The position numbers and the translations under genes are program-made. A DNA stretch of 63,650 bases, filler included, from Octopus bimaculoides (Eukaryota): assembly GCF_001194135.2 (NCBI RefSeq). It is 7 parts of 5 records of this genome, joined end to end, with 100 filler letters (N's around TTAATTAATTAA, not from the genome) between each part and the next. Parts side by side here need not be neighbours in the genome. Positions count along the whole stretch, not along the records: positions 17,259 to 26,465 come from NC_068990.1; positions 26,566 to 33,393 come from NC_068987.1; positions 33,494 to 37,858 come from NW_026381960.1; 4 more parts are not named here. One strand, 5' to 3'. Positions 24,812 through 36,514 of this stretch are shown one piece after another; position 1 is the first letter of the stretch, and each line of letters begins with the position of its first letter. The notes beneath the pieces were generated by a model. The model saw nothing but the letters and a program-made list of their open reading frames with translations, did no database searches and had not been told where the DNA came from.

Positions 24812-25804
24812 GTTAAGTGTCCAAACGTGTAACTAAAACATCTATTTCCAAAAAGCTGTGAATGTAAACATTGGCTTACACAACTAGATACACGGAGGGG
24901 AAATTGTGAGTTAAAACTACGTCTTAGGGTATAAAATGTGAAGTAAATTCTCATGTTTCAATAAAACATCGACGTAAATGGGTTTATAAAGAAGAAGAAG
25001 AAGAAGTAAAATGCGGGGGGGGGGGACTTTTATGTTATCGATTGGTTGTGAAGGAAAAGGTTTTGAACTGAGAAATACAAGAATCGATCGATTTTGCTGC
25101 TATTTCTAGCGTGCCTATCGAGTACATAGAGACTCCCACGCTGTCCTGTCCTGTCCTATACTTCTCATGCAGTCTCGGATGATTCTCTATTTCTTTCAAC
25201 ACAATAATTATATAATTATACATTATTACGAAATAATAAAGAAACTTCTCTGTGGCTGCTCGACTAACTCAAAATAATAGTCAAACATGACTCAAATCAC
25301 ACTCTGCCTACAAAAAATGGGGATCGACATATTATCTAACCAGTCGCAGATATATAAAGACTTCATTAAATATAAGACAGGATGGTCACGGCTGGACCAC
25401 TTTTCAACATTAATTCAACTCTATCTGGGCTACCCTGGTGCCAAACAACAATGTATGTATGTATGTATGGATGGATGGATGCATACATGCATGTATGCAT
25501 GTATGCATGTATGTATGTATGTATGTAATATTACCAAAACTTAGTACCTACCCGGTAAGTGGTAAAATTACTTTAAGAAAACTTCAGGCGTCTTTCATTG
25601 AAATTGGCATTACCCAGAATTCTGTAGTGTACCGGAACTGCTGCCATGACAACATACAAGCTACTGACGTTTGTTTTCGTTCTGTTGTTTACAGTTGCAA
25701 AGTTTATCGCTAGGATGGCCTAAGGGATTAGTCAGGGGTTAATGAAAAGGATAAGAAAGATAAAATTAAATTAAATATGGATATGAAATGATATATTGCA
25801 ATAT

Positions 25805-25980
25805 ATATATTCTTTCATTCTTTGACTGCGGCGATGCTGGGGCACCAAAGGGTTTTAGTCGAAGAAATCGACCCCAGGACTTATTCTTTGTAAGCCTAGT
25901 ACTTATTCTATCGGTCTCTTTGCCGAACTGCGAAGTTACGGGAACATAAACACAGCAACGTCGGTGGTCAGGCGATGATT
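25805..25980 (-). mobile_element. SINE family B, 3' half
   Basis: tcgaccccaggacttattctttgtaagcctagtacttattctatcggtctc. Confidence 0.9.
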
Positions 25981-25984
25981 GGGG

Positions 25985-26125
25985 CCTTCCTGTTGCCAGA
26001 TTTTGTTTTATTTCCAAACAAGGAAAATATTTCCCCATGGCCAGAACATGCACTCACAAAATAATAGAAATGAATGACACTTCTTGTATGACAAAGACAT
26101 TCATTTACAATTATCACATATCAAG
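25985..26125 (-). mobile_element. Family D repeat fragment
   Basis: Homology to 22200-22350. Confidence 0.5.
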
Positions 26126-26134
26126 ATAAGAAGA

Positions 26135-26330
26135 CACAAACACACACACACACACATATACACACACATACATACATACATACATACATACATACATACA
26201 TACACACATACATACATACACACACACACGCACACACACGCACACACATACACATACATACATACATGCATACATACATACATACATACATACATACATA
26301 CATACATACACACGCATACACATACATACC
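26135..26330. repeat. (CA)n/(TACA)n microsatellite
   Basis: Direct reading. Confidence 0.95.
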
Positions 26331-26565
26331 CTGTTGTTGATGTTGAAATTCCAATGAAGGAGCCTTGGATGTATGTTAGAAACCGGTTCTTTCTCTTTTG
26401 GCAAGAAATCTTGAAATAAACTGAATAACGACATTTTTACATACACAGGTACATACAAACATACANNNNNNNNNNNNNNNNNNNNNNNNNNNNNNNNNNN
26501 NNNNNNNNNTTAATTAATTAANNNNNNNNNNNNNNNNNNNNNNNNNNNNNNNNNNNNNNNNNNNN

Positions 26566-26612
<47 letters not shown>

Positions 26613-27104
26613 GTGTATGTATGTATGTGCGTGTGTGTGTATGCGTGTGTCTGTATTTATGCATGTATGTATGTATTATGTATAAATGCATGCTTAGATA
26701 GATAGATAGATAGATAGATAGATATTTTTTCACGCAAACTAACATCCGTTAACTCATCTACCAGGTCTTGTTTTAACATCAGTTAGCTACACATGCTAGA
26801 AATAGAATCGCTTTATTTTCATTGCTGGAATATAAAGACGACGTTGAAAGCGAGTGGTGTCAACCGACCAGATTGGTGGAGAAAAATGAGTGATCTGATC
26901 ACAAAACAAGAGATTTATAACAGTTGGCGCAAGCAACATTACCAACAAACAACAAGATAATCGCTGTTTCTTATGTGTTAAAATTCAGAAGTGGACGTCG
27001 TAGCTGAAATCCTACCCCTGTTTAACAAACTGTGGAAATAAGATTGATCGATGGGAGCTGTCTTTGAGCTAAACAAAAGCAACGAAATGATTGGTGCCAT
27101 TAAT

Positions 27105-27325
27105 AATCTTTCTACAATAGGCACAAGGCCTGAAATTTGGAGGGGAGTGGATACGTCGATTACATCGACCCCAGGGCGTAACTGGTACTTATTTCATTGA
27201 CCCCGAAAGGATGAAAGGGAAAGTCGACCTCGGCGAAATTTGAACTCAGAACGTAGCAGCAGACGAAATACCGCTAAGCATTTCGCCCGGCGTGCTAACG
27301 ATTCTGCCAGCTCGCCGCCTTATTG
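27105..27325 (-). mobile_element. tRNA-derived SINE family C, well preserved
   Basis: Minus strand ggcggcgagctggcagaatcgttagcacgccgggcgaaatgcttagcgg...ttctgagttcaaatttcgccgaggtcgac; homologous to 46122-46340. Confidence 0.92.
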
Positions 27326-27608
27326 GAGCAATTAAAAACGACATTAAATTAAGTTACTAAATGATTGCAGAGAACAACTGCATGGACCAGTTACATCACA
27401 TCGCTGTATAATGTCACTGCTGCAAATTATTGAACCATACCACAACACCAAATTACTCCTCTGCACATTATAACTGCACCAAATTATGCCATCATTTCAA
27501 TGCACCAAATCTTTACACCAGCTCATACCGACATATCACTGCCCTAAATCCCTGCATCAAATAACTATGGCAGGACGCTGCGCCAACCAGTTGCACTACA
27601 TTCATTTA

Positions 27609-27990
27609 GTGGAGGCCCAATGGCTCAGTGGTTAGGGCAGCGGACTCGCGGTCGTAGGATCGCGGTTTCGATTCCTAGACCGGGCGTTGTGAGTGTTTGT
27701 TGAGCGAAAACAGCTAAAGCTCCACGAGGTTCCGGCATGGGATGGTGGCGAACCCTGCTGTACTGTTTCACCACAACTTTCTATCACTCTTACTTCCTGT
27801 TTCTGTTGTGCCTTTAATTCAAAGGACCAGCCTTGTCACACTCTGTGTCACGCCGAATCTCCCCAAGAACTACGTTAAAGGTACATGTGTCTGTGGAGTG
27901 CTCAGCCACTTGCACGTTAATTTCATGAGCAGGCTGTTCTGCTGATCGGCTCAACTGAAATTATCATCGTCGTAACCGACGGAGTGCCAA
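27609..27990 (+). mobile_element. tRNA-derived SINE family A (head type 1), full length
   Basis: A box TGGCTCAGTGG, B box GTTTCGATTCC; closely matches 62991-63393. Confidence 0.92.
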
Positions 27991-28204
27991 CCAACATTCA
28001 TTTAAAACGTTCGGTGCTCTCAATTGTTGCATATATTTCAAGTTGAAAATAACGTGTTAAATATTCAACCCTAACATGGTGCTTTGTGTAATACCACCAC
28101 TTGGGAACTTCAGTGTCTTTCTTAGAGCGTTTCCACCCGTTTCATGCATACCCAGGCCACATTCCTAACGCTTACACCCACCCACCCAACACGCCAATAC
28201 AACC

Positions 28205-28535
28205 ATACTCTTTTACTTGTTTCAGTCATTTGACTGTGGCCTTGCTGGAGCACCACCTTTAGTCGAGCAAATCGACCCCAGGAATTATTCTTTGGATGCC
28301 TAGTACTTATTCTATCGGTCTCTTTTGCCGAACCGCTAGGTTACGGAGACGTAAACACACCAGCATCGGTTGTCAAGCGATGTTGGGGGGACAAACACAG
28401 ACACACACATACATATATATACATATATACGACAGGCTTCTTTCAGTTTCCGTCTACCAAATCCACTCACAAGGCTTTAGTCGGCCCGAGGCTATAGTAG
28501 AAGACACTTGCCCAAGGAGCCACGCAGTGGGAATG
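28205..28535 (-). mobile_element. SINE family B, truncated by gap
   Basis: Near-identical to 36510-36885. Confidence 0.92.
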
Positions 28536-29429
28536 NNNNNNNNNNNNNNNNNNNNNNNNNNNNNNNNNNNNNNNNNNNNNNNNNNNNNNNNNNNNNNNNN
28601 NNNNNNNNNNNNNNNNNNNNNNNNNNNNNNNNNNNNNNNNNNNNNNNNNNNNNNNNNNNNNNNNNNNNNNNNNNNNNNNNNNNNNNNNNNNNNNNNNNNN
28701 NNNNNNNNNNNNNNNNNNNNNNNNNNNNNNNNNNNNNNNNNNNNNNNNNNNNNNNNNNNNNNNNNNNNNNNNNNNNNNNNNNNNNNNNNNNNNNNNNNNN
28801 NNNNNNNNNNNNNNNNNNNNNNNNNNNNNNNNNNNNNNNNNNNNNNNNNNNNNNNNNNNNNNNNNNNNNNNNNNNNNNNNNNNNNNNNNNNNNNNNNNNN
28901 NNNNNNNNNNNNNNNNNNNNNNNNNNNNNNNNNNNNNNNNNNNNNNNNNNNNNNNNNNNNNNNNNNNNNNNNNNNNNNNNNNNNNNNNNNNNNNNNNNNN
29001 NNNNNNNNNNNNNNNNNNNNNNNNNNNNNNNNNNNNNNNNNNNNNNNNNNNNNNNNNNNNNNNNNNNNNNNNNNNNNNNNNNNNNNNNNNNNNNNNNNNN
29101 NNNNNNNNNNNNNNNNNNNNNNNNNNNNNNNNNNNNNNNNNNNNNNNNNNNNNNNNNNNNNNNNNNNNNNNNNNNNNNNNNNNNNNNNNNNNNNNNNNNN
29201 NNNNNNNNNNNNNNNNNNNNNNNNNNNNNNNNNNNNNNNNNNNNNNNNNNNNNNNNNNNNNNNNNNNNNNNNNNNNNNNNNNNNNNNNNNNNNNNNNNNN
29301 NNNNNNNNNNNNNNNNNNNNNNNNNNNNNNNNNNNNNNNNNNNNNNNNNNNNNNNNNNNNNNNNNNNNNNNNNNNNNNNNNNNNNNNNNNNNNNNNNNNN
29401 NNNNNNNNNNNNNNNNNNNNNNNNNNNGT

Positions 29430-29495
29430 AAAGAGCCGGAAGAAATATCGCTAAGCAAGTTGACCGGTAAGCTAACAATTCTGCCAAATCGCTAG
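29430..29495 (-). mobile_element. SINE family C head fragment
   Basis: aaatatcgctaagca...gctaacaattctgcca. Confidence 0.55.
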
Positions 29496-29569
29496 TAGTA
29501 GTAGTAGTAGTAGTTATAGTAGTAGCAGCAGCAGCAACAACAACAACACCAGCAATAATAATAATAATG

Positions 29570-29624
<55 letters not shown>

Positions 29625-29636
29625 CAACAACAACAC
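29495..29636. repeat. (TAG)(CAG)(CAA)(AAT)n compound trinucleotide tract
   Basis: Direct reading. Confidence 0.95.
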
Positions 29637-30000
29637 ACTCACTGGTTCGATATCACTTCTTTATTGTTTGTCAAATGTTTAAATATCTAACCAACTAATT
29701 TACCGATCGTTTGTTTAATGTGCTAGTTAAGTAATCGAATGATTGGCTGTCAAATGCCTTCCATCTGTCTCAGAATTAGTCTTAGTTAAGACTAATTCAC
29801 AGAGAGACTTAACAGGGATCTTGAAGGGAGGTGGCATGGCATTGACGAGGTCGTGAATAGCGACGAAAGGACGGTCACAAAGTAACAGCCGATTGGTTGT
29901 TTAACCAGCAGATTAAACAAACGATCGAATGGTTTGTTGGTTAGATAAATTAACCAATTGATTAACAATAAAGAAGTGATATCGAACTAGTGCGTGTGTT
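29634..30000. mobile_element. Foldback (palindromic) non-autonomous element FB1
   Basis: Arms include perfect pairs 29645-29661/29971-29987 (17 bp) and 29704-29719/29912-29927 (16 bp); central 12-bp hairpin 29773-29798. Confidence 0.8.
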
Positions 30001-30319
30001 ATTATTATTGGCGTTACGACCTTCCCAAGACGCAACAAGATTTGTTTCAACACACTAATCAAGAATCTTGCTAACCAAATACGAAAACGAAGAAGTATAA
30101 TGATAATTATTTCCAAGAATGATGAGAGTATTTATTAAAATCATTCACATGATGCCCACCAATTTAATACATGGAACGATATGTCCGATAAAGAAGATAT
30201 CGATAAACCAAGGATGAAATCAGAAGGGATGTTTACGGCGGGAACACGAGAAGGGTATGTGAAAACGTGACATTTAACTAGCTTGGGGTTAGTCAACCGC
30301 ACCAACTGCAGTATTAACG

Positions 30320-30418
30320 TCTCTCTTGTTTTCTCTCCTCTTCCTCTCTCTCTTTCTCTCTCTCTATCTCTCTCTCTCTCTCTCTCTCTCCTCTCTTTCT
30401 ATCTTTTTCTTTCTACTT

Positions 30419-30450
<32 letters not shown>

Positions 30451-30466
30451 ATTTTTCTTTCTACTT

Positions 30467-30502
<36 letters not shown>

Positions 30503-30510
30503 TTCTCTGT
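30320..30510. repeat. (CT)n-rich tract with an internal duplicated unit
   Basis: Direct reading. Confidence 0.9.
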
Positions 30511-31067
30511 ATATATATGTATATAAATAAATATNNNNNNNNNNNNNNNNNNNNNNNNNNNNNNNNNNNNNNNNNNNNNNNNNNNNNNNNNNNNNNNNNN
30601 NNNNNNNNNNNNNNNNNNNNNNNNNNNNNNNNNNNNNNNNNNNNNNNNNNNNNNNNNNNNNNNNNNNNNNNNNNNNNNNNNNNNNNNNNNNNNNNNNNNN
30701 NNNNNNNNNNNNNNNNNNNNATATATATGTATGTGTGGGGGATGGGGATGCGTAGTGTGTGTGTGTGTGTATGTTTGTATGTTTCGATCTTGTTGTCGCA
30801 AAAAAGCCGGTAGACTTATTAAAATTAAATATTAGCGACGGAAGCAGTGTTAATACCAAATAGCAATCTTTATAACCAACTTAACATGTATGCCTTCTTA
30901 GAACGTTGAGTACTGCGGTATTCGCCCTGTGAGTCCCTCTCATATACATGCATGTTGCATAAAAGCACACAGCTATATCGTAGCAGATGAAAAACGTCTG
31001 GTATGAGCGACGGAATTCGTAGATCACCTAATTTAAGGTTTAAGTTTAAAGCATCGCGTAATACAGA

Positions 31068-31551
31068 TAGACTCAAGGGCCGGTTTCCCAGTTTCTGTAG
31101 TGTTTATATAAGGGCTGTGGAGTCGAAGGAAAAAACTTCGACTCCGACTCCAATTTGACTCCGGCTTTGACTCACCTTTATGTAATTAAGTGATTGTGAC
31201 CTACATATCTCCTAAAGCATATGCACACGCTTGTAATCAAAGTATTACCGTATGCATGTCTGTTATAACTGGTTTATATTAAAGAATGATGATGCTGTGA
31301 ACCGGAATGAGAGTCGGTAGCGTTTTACCGACTCCGACTCCGACTCCGAGTCCACAGCACTGGTAAATATTCTCCCTTGGAACGGACGCCGGTCCGTCGT
31401 AGGATTATTCATTTTTGCCAGTAGAGTGGACTTGAGTAAAGTGAAACGAAGTGTTTTGCTTAAGAATTCAACTCATCACCCAGTTCAAGAATCGAAACCA
31501 CAATCTTACGATCATAATTTCGAGACCCTAACCACTAAACCACGCATCTCC
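31068..31551 (-). mobile_element. SINE (family A head type 2 with a different 3' tail), interrupted by a hAT MITE
   Basis: tcatttttgccag.agagtggac...gtgttttgct.aag...aatcgaaacc...accctaaccactaa shared with 18270-18414. Confidence 0.7.
31110..31362. mobile_element. hAT-type MITE with (GACTCC)n subterminal repeats
   Basis: Imperfect TIRs AAGGGCTGTGGAGTCG / CGAGTCCACAGCACTG; imperfect 8-bp TSD GTTTATAT (31102-31109) / GTAAATAT (31363-31370). Confidence 0.75.
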
Positions 31552-31559
31552 TTCTCTCT

Positions 31560-31712
31560 TGCTCCACTACTATATGGTCCCGGGTTCAGTCCCACTGCAT
31601 GACACATTGGGCAAGTGTCTTTTACTAATAACCCAAGGCCAACCAAAGCCTTGTGAGTGAATTTAGTAGACGGAAACTAAAAGAAAACCCATCTTATATA
31701 TGTATATACCTA

Positions 31713-31808
<96 letters not shown>

Positions 31809-32025
31809 CGCGTGTGTGTATATCCGTGTTTGCCCCCCCACCTCTGACTAGGTACTAGTTTGTTTGCGTCTCTGTAACTAAGATGTTCGGTAAAAGAGAC
31901 CGACTGAATAAGTACCAAGCTTTAAAAGAATGAGTACTGCAGTCCATACATACAACTGAAAATTCTTCAAGGTGGTGTTCCAGCATGGCCGCAGCCTAAT
32001 GACTGGAACAAGTACATGACAAAAG
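31560..32025 (+). mobile_element. SINE family B with expanded internal (GT)n
   Basis: Family B head and tail flanking about 95 bp of (GT)n. Confidence 0.88.
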
Positions 32026-32214
32026 ATATATAGGCGCAGGAGTGACTGTGTGGCAAGTAGCTTGCTACTAACCACATGGTTCTCGGTTCAGTCCCACTAC
32101 GTGGCACCTTGGGCAAGTGTCTTCTACTATAGCCTCGGGCCGATCAAAGCCTTGTGAGTGGATTTGGTTGACGGAAACCGAAAGAAACCTGTCGTATATA
32201 CATATATATATATC

Positions 32215-32460
32215 TACCCTTTTTCTTAGCTCTCCTGTGTGAACTTTCTGTCCGGCAGTCGCCATGATAGATCGCTGACCACGACATTTTAATTTTTTTC
32301 TCTCCTTGTTTTTTTCTTTGTTTTTCTCCTTATTTCTTTCTGTTGAAGAGCGTAGCTCGAAACGTTAAAGACTTTCTCTATTCCCGAGCGTTAAACTAAT
32401 ACATCCTTTTGTTGTTTACACCACCTGTCCTCGTCTGTTGTTTTTTTCGTAAATTCTCCC

Positions 32461-32490
<30 letters not shown>
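32215..32490 (+). mobile_element. Penelope-like pLTR fragment (family P2) inside the SINE's (TA)n tract
   Basis: Homologous to 17260-17570. Confidence 0.7.
32335..32371 (+). ncRNA. Hammerhead-like fold with the same non-canonical core as 17412-17448
   Basis: TCTTT-CTGTTGAA-GAGC-gta-GCTC-GAAA-CG-TT|AAAGA. Confidence 0.5.
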
Positions 32491-32492
<2 letters not shown>

Positions 32493-33336
32493 ATGTATGT
32501 ATGTATGTATGTATATGTGTGTGTGTGTGTACATTTGTGTGTCTGTGTTTGTCCCCCTATCATCACTTCACAACCGTCCCTTTGACGAAGCGGTTCGGCA
32601 AAAGAGACCGACAGAATAAGTACTAGGCTTACAAAGAATAAGTCCTAGGGTCGATTTGCTCGACTAAAAGGCGGTGCTCCAGCATGGCCAGTCAAATGGC
32701 TGAAACAAGTAAAAGAAAAGAATATCATTAGTACCTCTCAATTTGCACATTGCGTCATTCTCTCTCTCTCTGTCACCCTCTCTCTATCTCTATCTCTCTA
32801 TATATATCTCTGTATTTATCTGACTATCTGCCTCTCTATCGATCTATCTCTATATCTGTCTATTTGTCTGTCTGTCTCTTAACGGTTCTACTTTAGTATG
32901 ACAAAACAGAAGAACCCTTTTGGTTGCAACGCACACACACGCACACACACACACACACATACAAACAAACACACATACACACACACACACACCCACACAC
33001 ACATGCAAAACACCCATAATCCAGCAAAGATACAAACACATGAACATGAACACATGCAAACACACCCAAAGAACACAATCACGTATACACGGATATATAT
33101 AGACATGCGCGAGTGTGTGATTATTTATAGGTGTACGTCTGTGAGTGTGAGTGTGTGGGGGGGTCTATGCGTATGCGTGTATCTTGATGAGTGTGCAAGT
33201 GTCTATGTTTACGTCTCTTTATGTACGTACGCATGTATTCATGTATGTACATGTCTGTATGTATATATACATACATATATATATATTTGTATATGTATAC
33301 ACATTAATATATATACATATATGCATGTGTGTATTT

Positions 33337-33393
<57 letters not shown>

Positions 33394-34464
33394 NNNNNNN
33401 NNNNNNNNNNNNNNNNNNNNNNNNNNNNNNNNNNNNNTTAATTAATTAANNNNNNNNNNNNNNNNNNNNNNNNNNNNNNNNNNNNNNNNNNNNATATATA
33501 TATATATATATATATATACGTACGTACATACGTGCATTTATGCGTCCATCTATACATACATACATACATACATACACACATACATACATACATACATACA
33601 TACATACATGCATACATACATACATACATGTGTTCTTGCATGTGGGTTCCTTTATGCACGCACGGAATCACATATATTCCTCAAATTCACAAACAGACGT
33701 TAACAATTTACGTAACACGCAACGTAAATACATACATACATCTTAAATAAATACATATTTTTTTTTTTATAAACACGTACGTATACAAGTCTGTCAATAT
33801 TCGTAAGTTGTTTCCAGTGTAAAAAAAAGCCAGCCTTATGAACGTGTGTGACACAAACAAAACCATCGTGAATGGAAAGAAATTCACGTAACACGCAGGC
33901 TAGAAAAACCAAACATGCACAAACCAGCGATACACGTGCATGAAAAGGCAGACACACGTCTAACCGGATTCACAACCGTTCTGTCATTTACACGTACAGC
34001 ATACATAGATAAAAATGCACAGACATATGGTGAAAGAAAGAGAGAGAGAGGGTGATAGAGGAAGGGAGCCATATTCAAATATATAGTTAATTACAGACGT
34101 GACAATATGTCGGCGACGTCTGCTTCTTTACAAAGTTTTTATTTTATTATTGNNNNNNNNNNNNNNNNNNNNNNNNNNNNNNNNNNNNNNNNNNNNNNNN
34201 NNNNNNNNNNNNNNNNNNNNNNNNNNNNNNNNNNNNNNNNNNNNNNNNNNNNNNNNNNNNNNNNNNNNNNNNNNNNNNNNNNNNNNNNNNNNNNNNNNNN
34301 NNNNNNNNNNNNNNNNNNNNNNNNNNNNNNNNNNNNNNNNNNNNNNNNNNNNNNNNNNNNNNNNNNNNNNNNNNNNNNNNNNNNNNNNNNNNNNNNNNNN
34401 NNNNNNNNNNNNNNNNNNNNNNNNNNNNNNNNNNNNNNNNNGATATCAGAACAAGCTGGAGAAT

Positions 34465-34925
34465 AGACGCAGGAGTGGCTGTGTGGTAAGTAGTTTGCTT
34501 ACCAACCACATGGTTCCGGGTTCAGTCCCAATGCGTGGTACCTTCGGCAAGTGTCTTCTACTATAGCCTCGGGCCGACCAAAGCCTTGTGAGTGGATTTG
34601 ATAGACGGAAACTGAAAGAAGCCCGTCGTATACATATTATGTGTATATATATATATGTGTGCGTGTGTGTGTGTGTGTCTGTGTGTGTGTGTGCGTGCGT
34701 ATGTGTTTGTGCGCGTTTGTGTGTCTGTGTATCTCCCCCTAACATCGTTTAATATCGATGGTGGTGTGTTTACGTCCCTGTAACTTAACGGTTCGGCAAA
34801 ACAGACCGATAGAATAAGTACTAGGCTTACAAAGAATAAGTCCTGGGGTCAATTTGCTCGACTAAAGGCGGTGCTCTAGCATGGCCACAGTCAAATGACT
34901 GAAACAAGTAAAAGAATAAAAGAGT
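34465..34925 (+). mobile_element. SINE family B, full length
   Basis: tRNA-like head, central (TA)(GT)n, tail ending gaaacaagtaaaagaataaaagag. Confidence 0.93.
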
Positions 34926-35085
34926 AACTTCTTAGAAATGAAGATAGCTCACCACACCTTTGAGTGGTGCAAAGAACAAAATGGAGATGGCTGCGTCAAA
35001 ATGGTATTAAAAAACTTAGTTCCAATCACCATTAACAGGCTTCGGGGTGCAAGGCAAAGGAGAGAAATATACCACCTGTACTTAC

Positions 35086-35210
35086 CTGTAATCTTCAAAC
35101 TTACGAAATTTGTGGCCTTCTTTGCAAATCGCTGGCGGGAAATGTCGCATTGGACTTAAGCATTGTGATTGATAATGAAAAAGTGCGTTGACACCGACGG
35201 GAGAGTCCAT
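35086..35210 (-). CDS. Candidate coding exon of unknown protein (MDSPVGVNALFHYQSQCLSPMRHFPPAICKEGHKFRKFEDY); an alternative acceptor gives a 69-nt symmetric exon
   Basis: Open frame ending at a consensus donor CAG|GTAAGT (35086/35085) in a small unique island; no homolog recognised. Confidence 0.25.
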
Positions 35211-35214
35211 CATA

Positions 35215-35941
35215 TATATATTTGACTGCGGCCATACTGGGGCACCCCTTTGTAGATTTCTTTTTAGTCGACTGAATCGATCCCAGTAATTAACTTGGTT
35301 ACTTTTTTAAAACCTTGTACTTATTCTATCGGTCGTTGTTGCCGAACCGCTAGGTTAGGGGAACATGGACACTCCAACACCGGTCCATCATATATATATA
35401 TTTACTATTTTAATATTTATTACTTTGTACTTTTTAAAAATTTTATTATAGGTCTTTTTAGTGTATTTACTTATTAAATTTTTCTATATGTGATTGTGGA
35501 TTTTCATGGATGAATTCAATAATTGTAGTTTTTTTCTCTAAATTATATATATACGATGGGATTCTTTCAGTTTCCATCTACTAAATCCACTCAGAAGATT
35601 TTGGTTGGCCCGGGACAATAATAGAAGACACCTGTCCAAGGTGCCACGCAGTGGGACTGAACCCAGAACCATGTGGTTAGGAAACAAGCTCTTGCCAAAG
35701 ACAATAATATATATGTATAATCTTTTTTTTTTACATGCTTCAGTTATTGGACTGCGGCCTTGCTGGGGCACTACCTTGAAGATTTCCTTGTTGACCGAAC
35801 AAAGGGACCTTAGTATATATGTTACTTTGTTTTAAAGTTGGTTACTTATTTTCTTGGATTCTTTGGCCGAACACTATGTTACGCAAACGTAAACAAACAA
35901 ACACCGGTTGTTTGGTGGCGATGAGAGACAAACAAAAGCAC

Positions 35942-35972
<31 letters not shown>

Positions 35973-36437
35973 GAGCGCATATATATTCTTTTACTCCTTT
36001 CAGTCAATGGACTGTGGTCATGCTGCAGCACAACCTTGAAGATTAAAGTCAGACAAATCAACACCAACACTAACCATTAAAGAACGGTATTCATTATAGA
36101 GGGTTCTTTTAGCTGATCCGCTAAGTTACGGGATGTAAACGAACCAACAGTGTCAAGTGATGGTGGAAGACAAACAGAATGGCATACACATATACATAAA
36201 TATATATGCACACACACACATATATATATATTTATGTCTGAGTGTATGTATGTACGACGAGCTTCTATCACTTCCCGTCTACGAACTACAGCCTCAAAGC
36301 CCTCGGTCGGCCCAGGGCTATAGTAGGAGATACTTGCCCAAGGTGTCACACAATGCGACTTAGCCCGGGAACATGTAATTAGGAAGCAAACTTTTTATCG
36401 CACAGCAATGCTACGCCGATATATATGCGTATATATG

Positions 36438-36514
<77 letters not shown>

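Larger units (their letters stand above)
32030..32722 (+). mobile_element. SINE family B split by a Penelope-like insertion
   Basis: 5' half 32030-32215, 3' half about 32490-32722. Confidence 0.9.

Noticed and set aside
25035-25223. 62-aa minus-strand ORF
   Set aside because: No recognisable domain and no convincing splice pair; more likely part of the CpG-rich regulatory region.
26794-26961. 55-aa plus-strand ORF (MLEIESLYFHCWNIKTTLKASGVNRPDWWRK...)
   Set aside because: Its length is within chance expectation and there is no homology or splice support.
27609-27680. tRNA-like sequence with A and B boxes (also 62991 and the heads of families B and C)
   Set aside because: Each continues into a SINE body and lacks a proper acceptor stem, so these are SINE heads, not tRNA genes.
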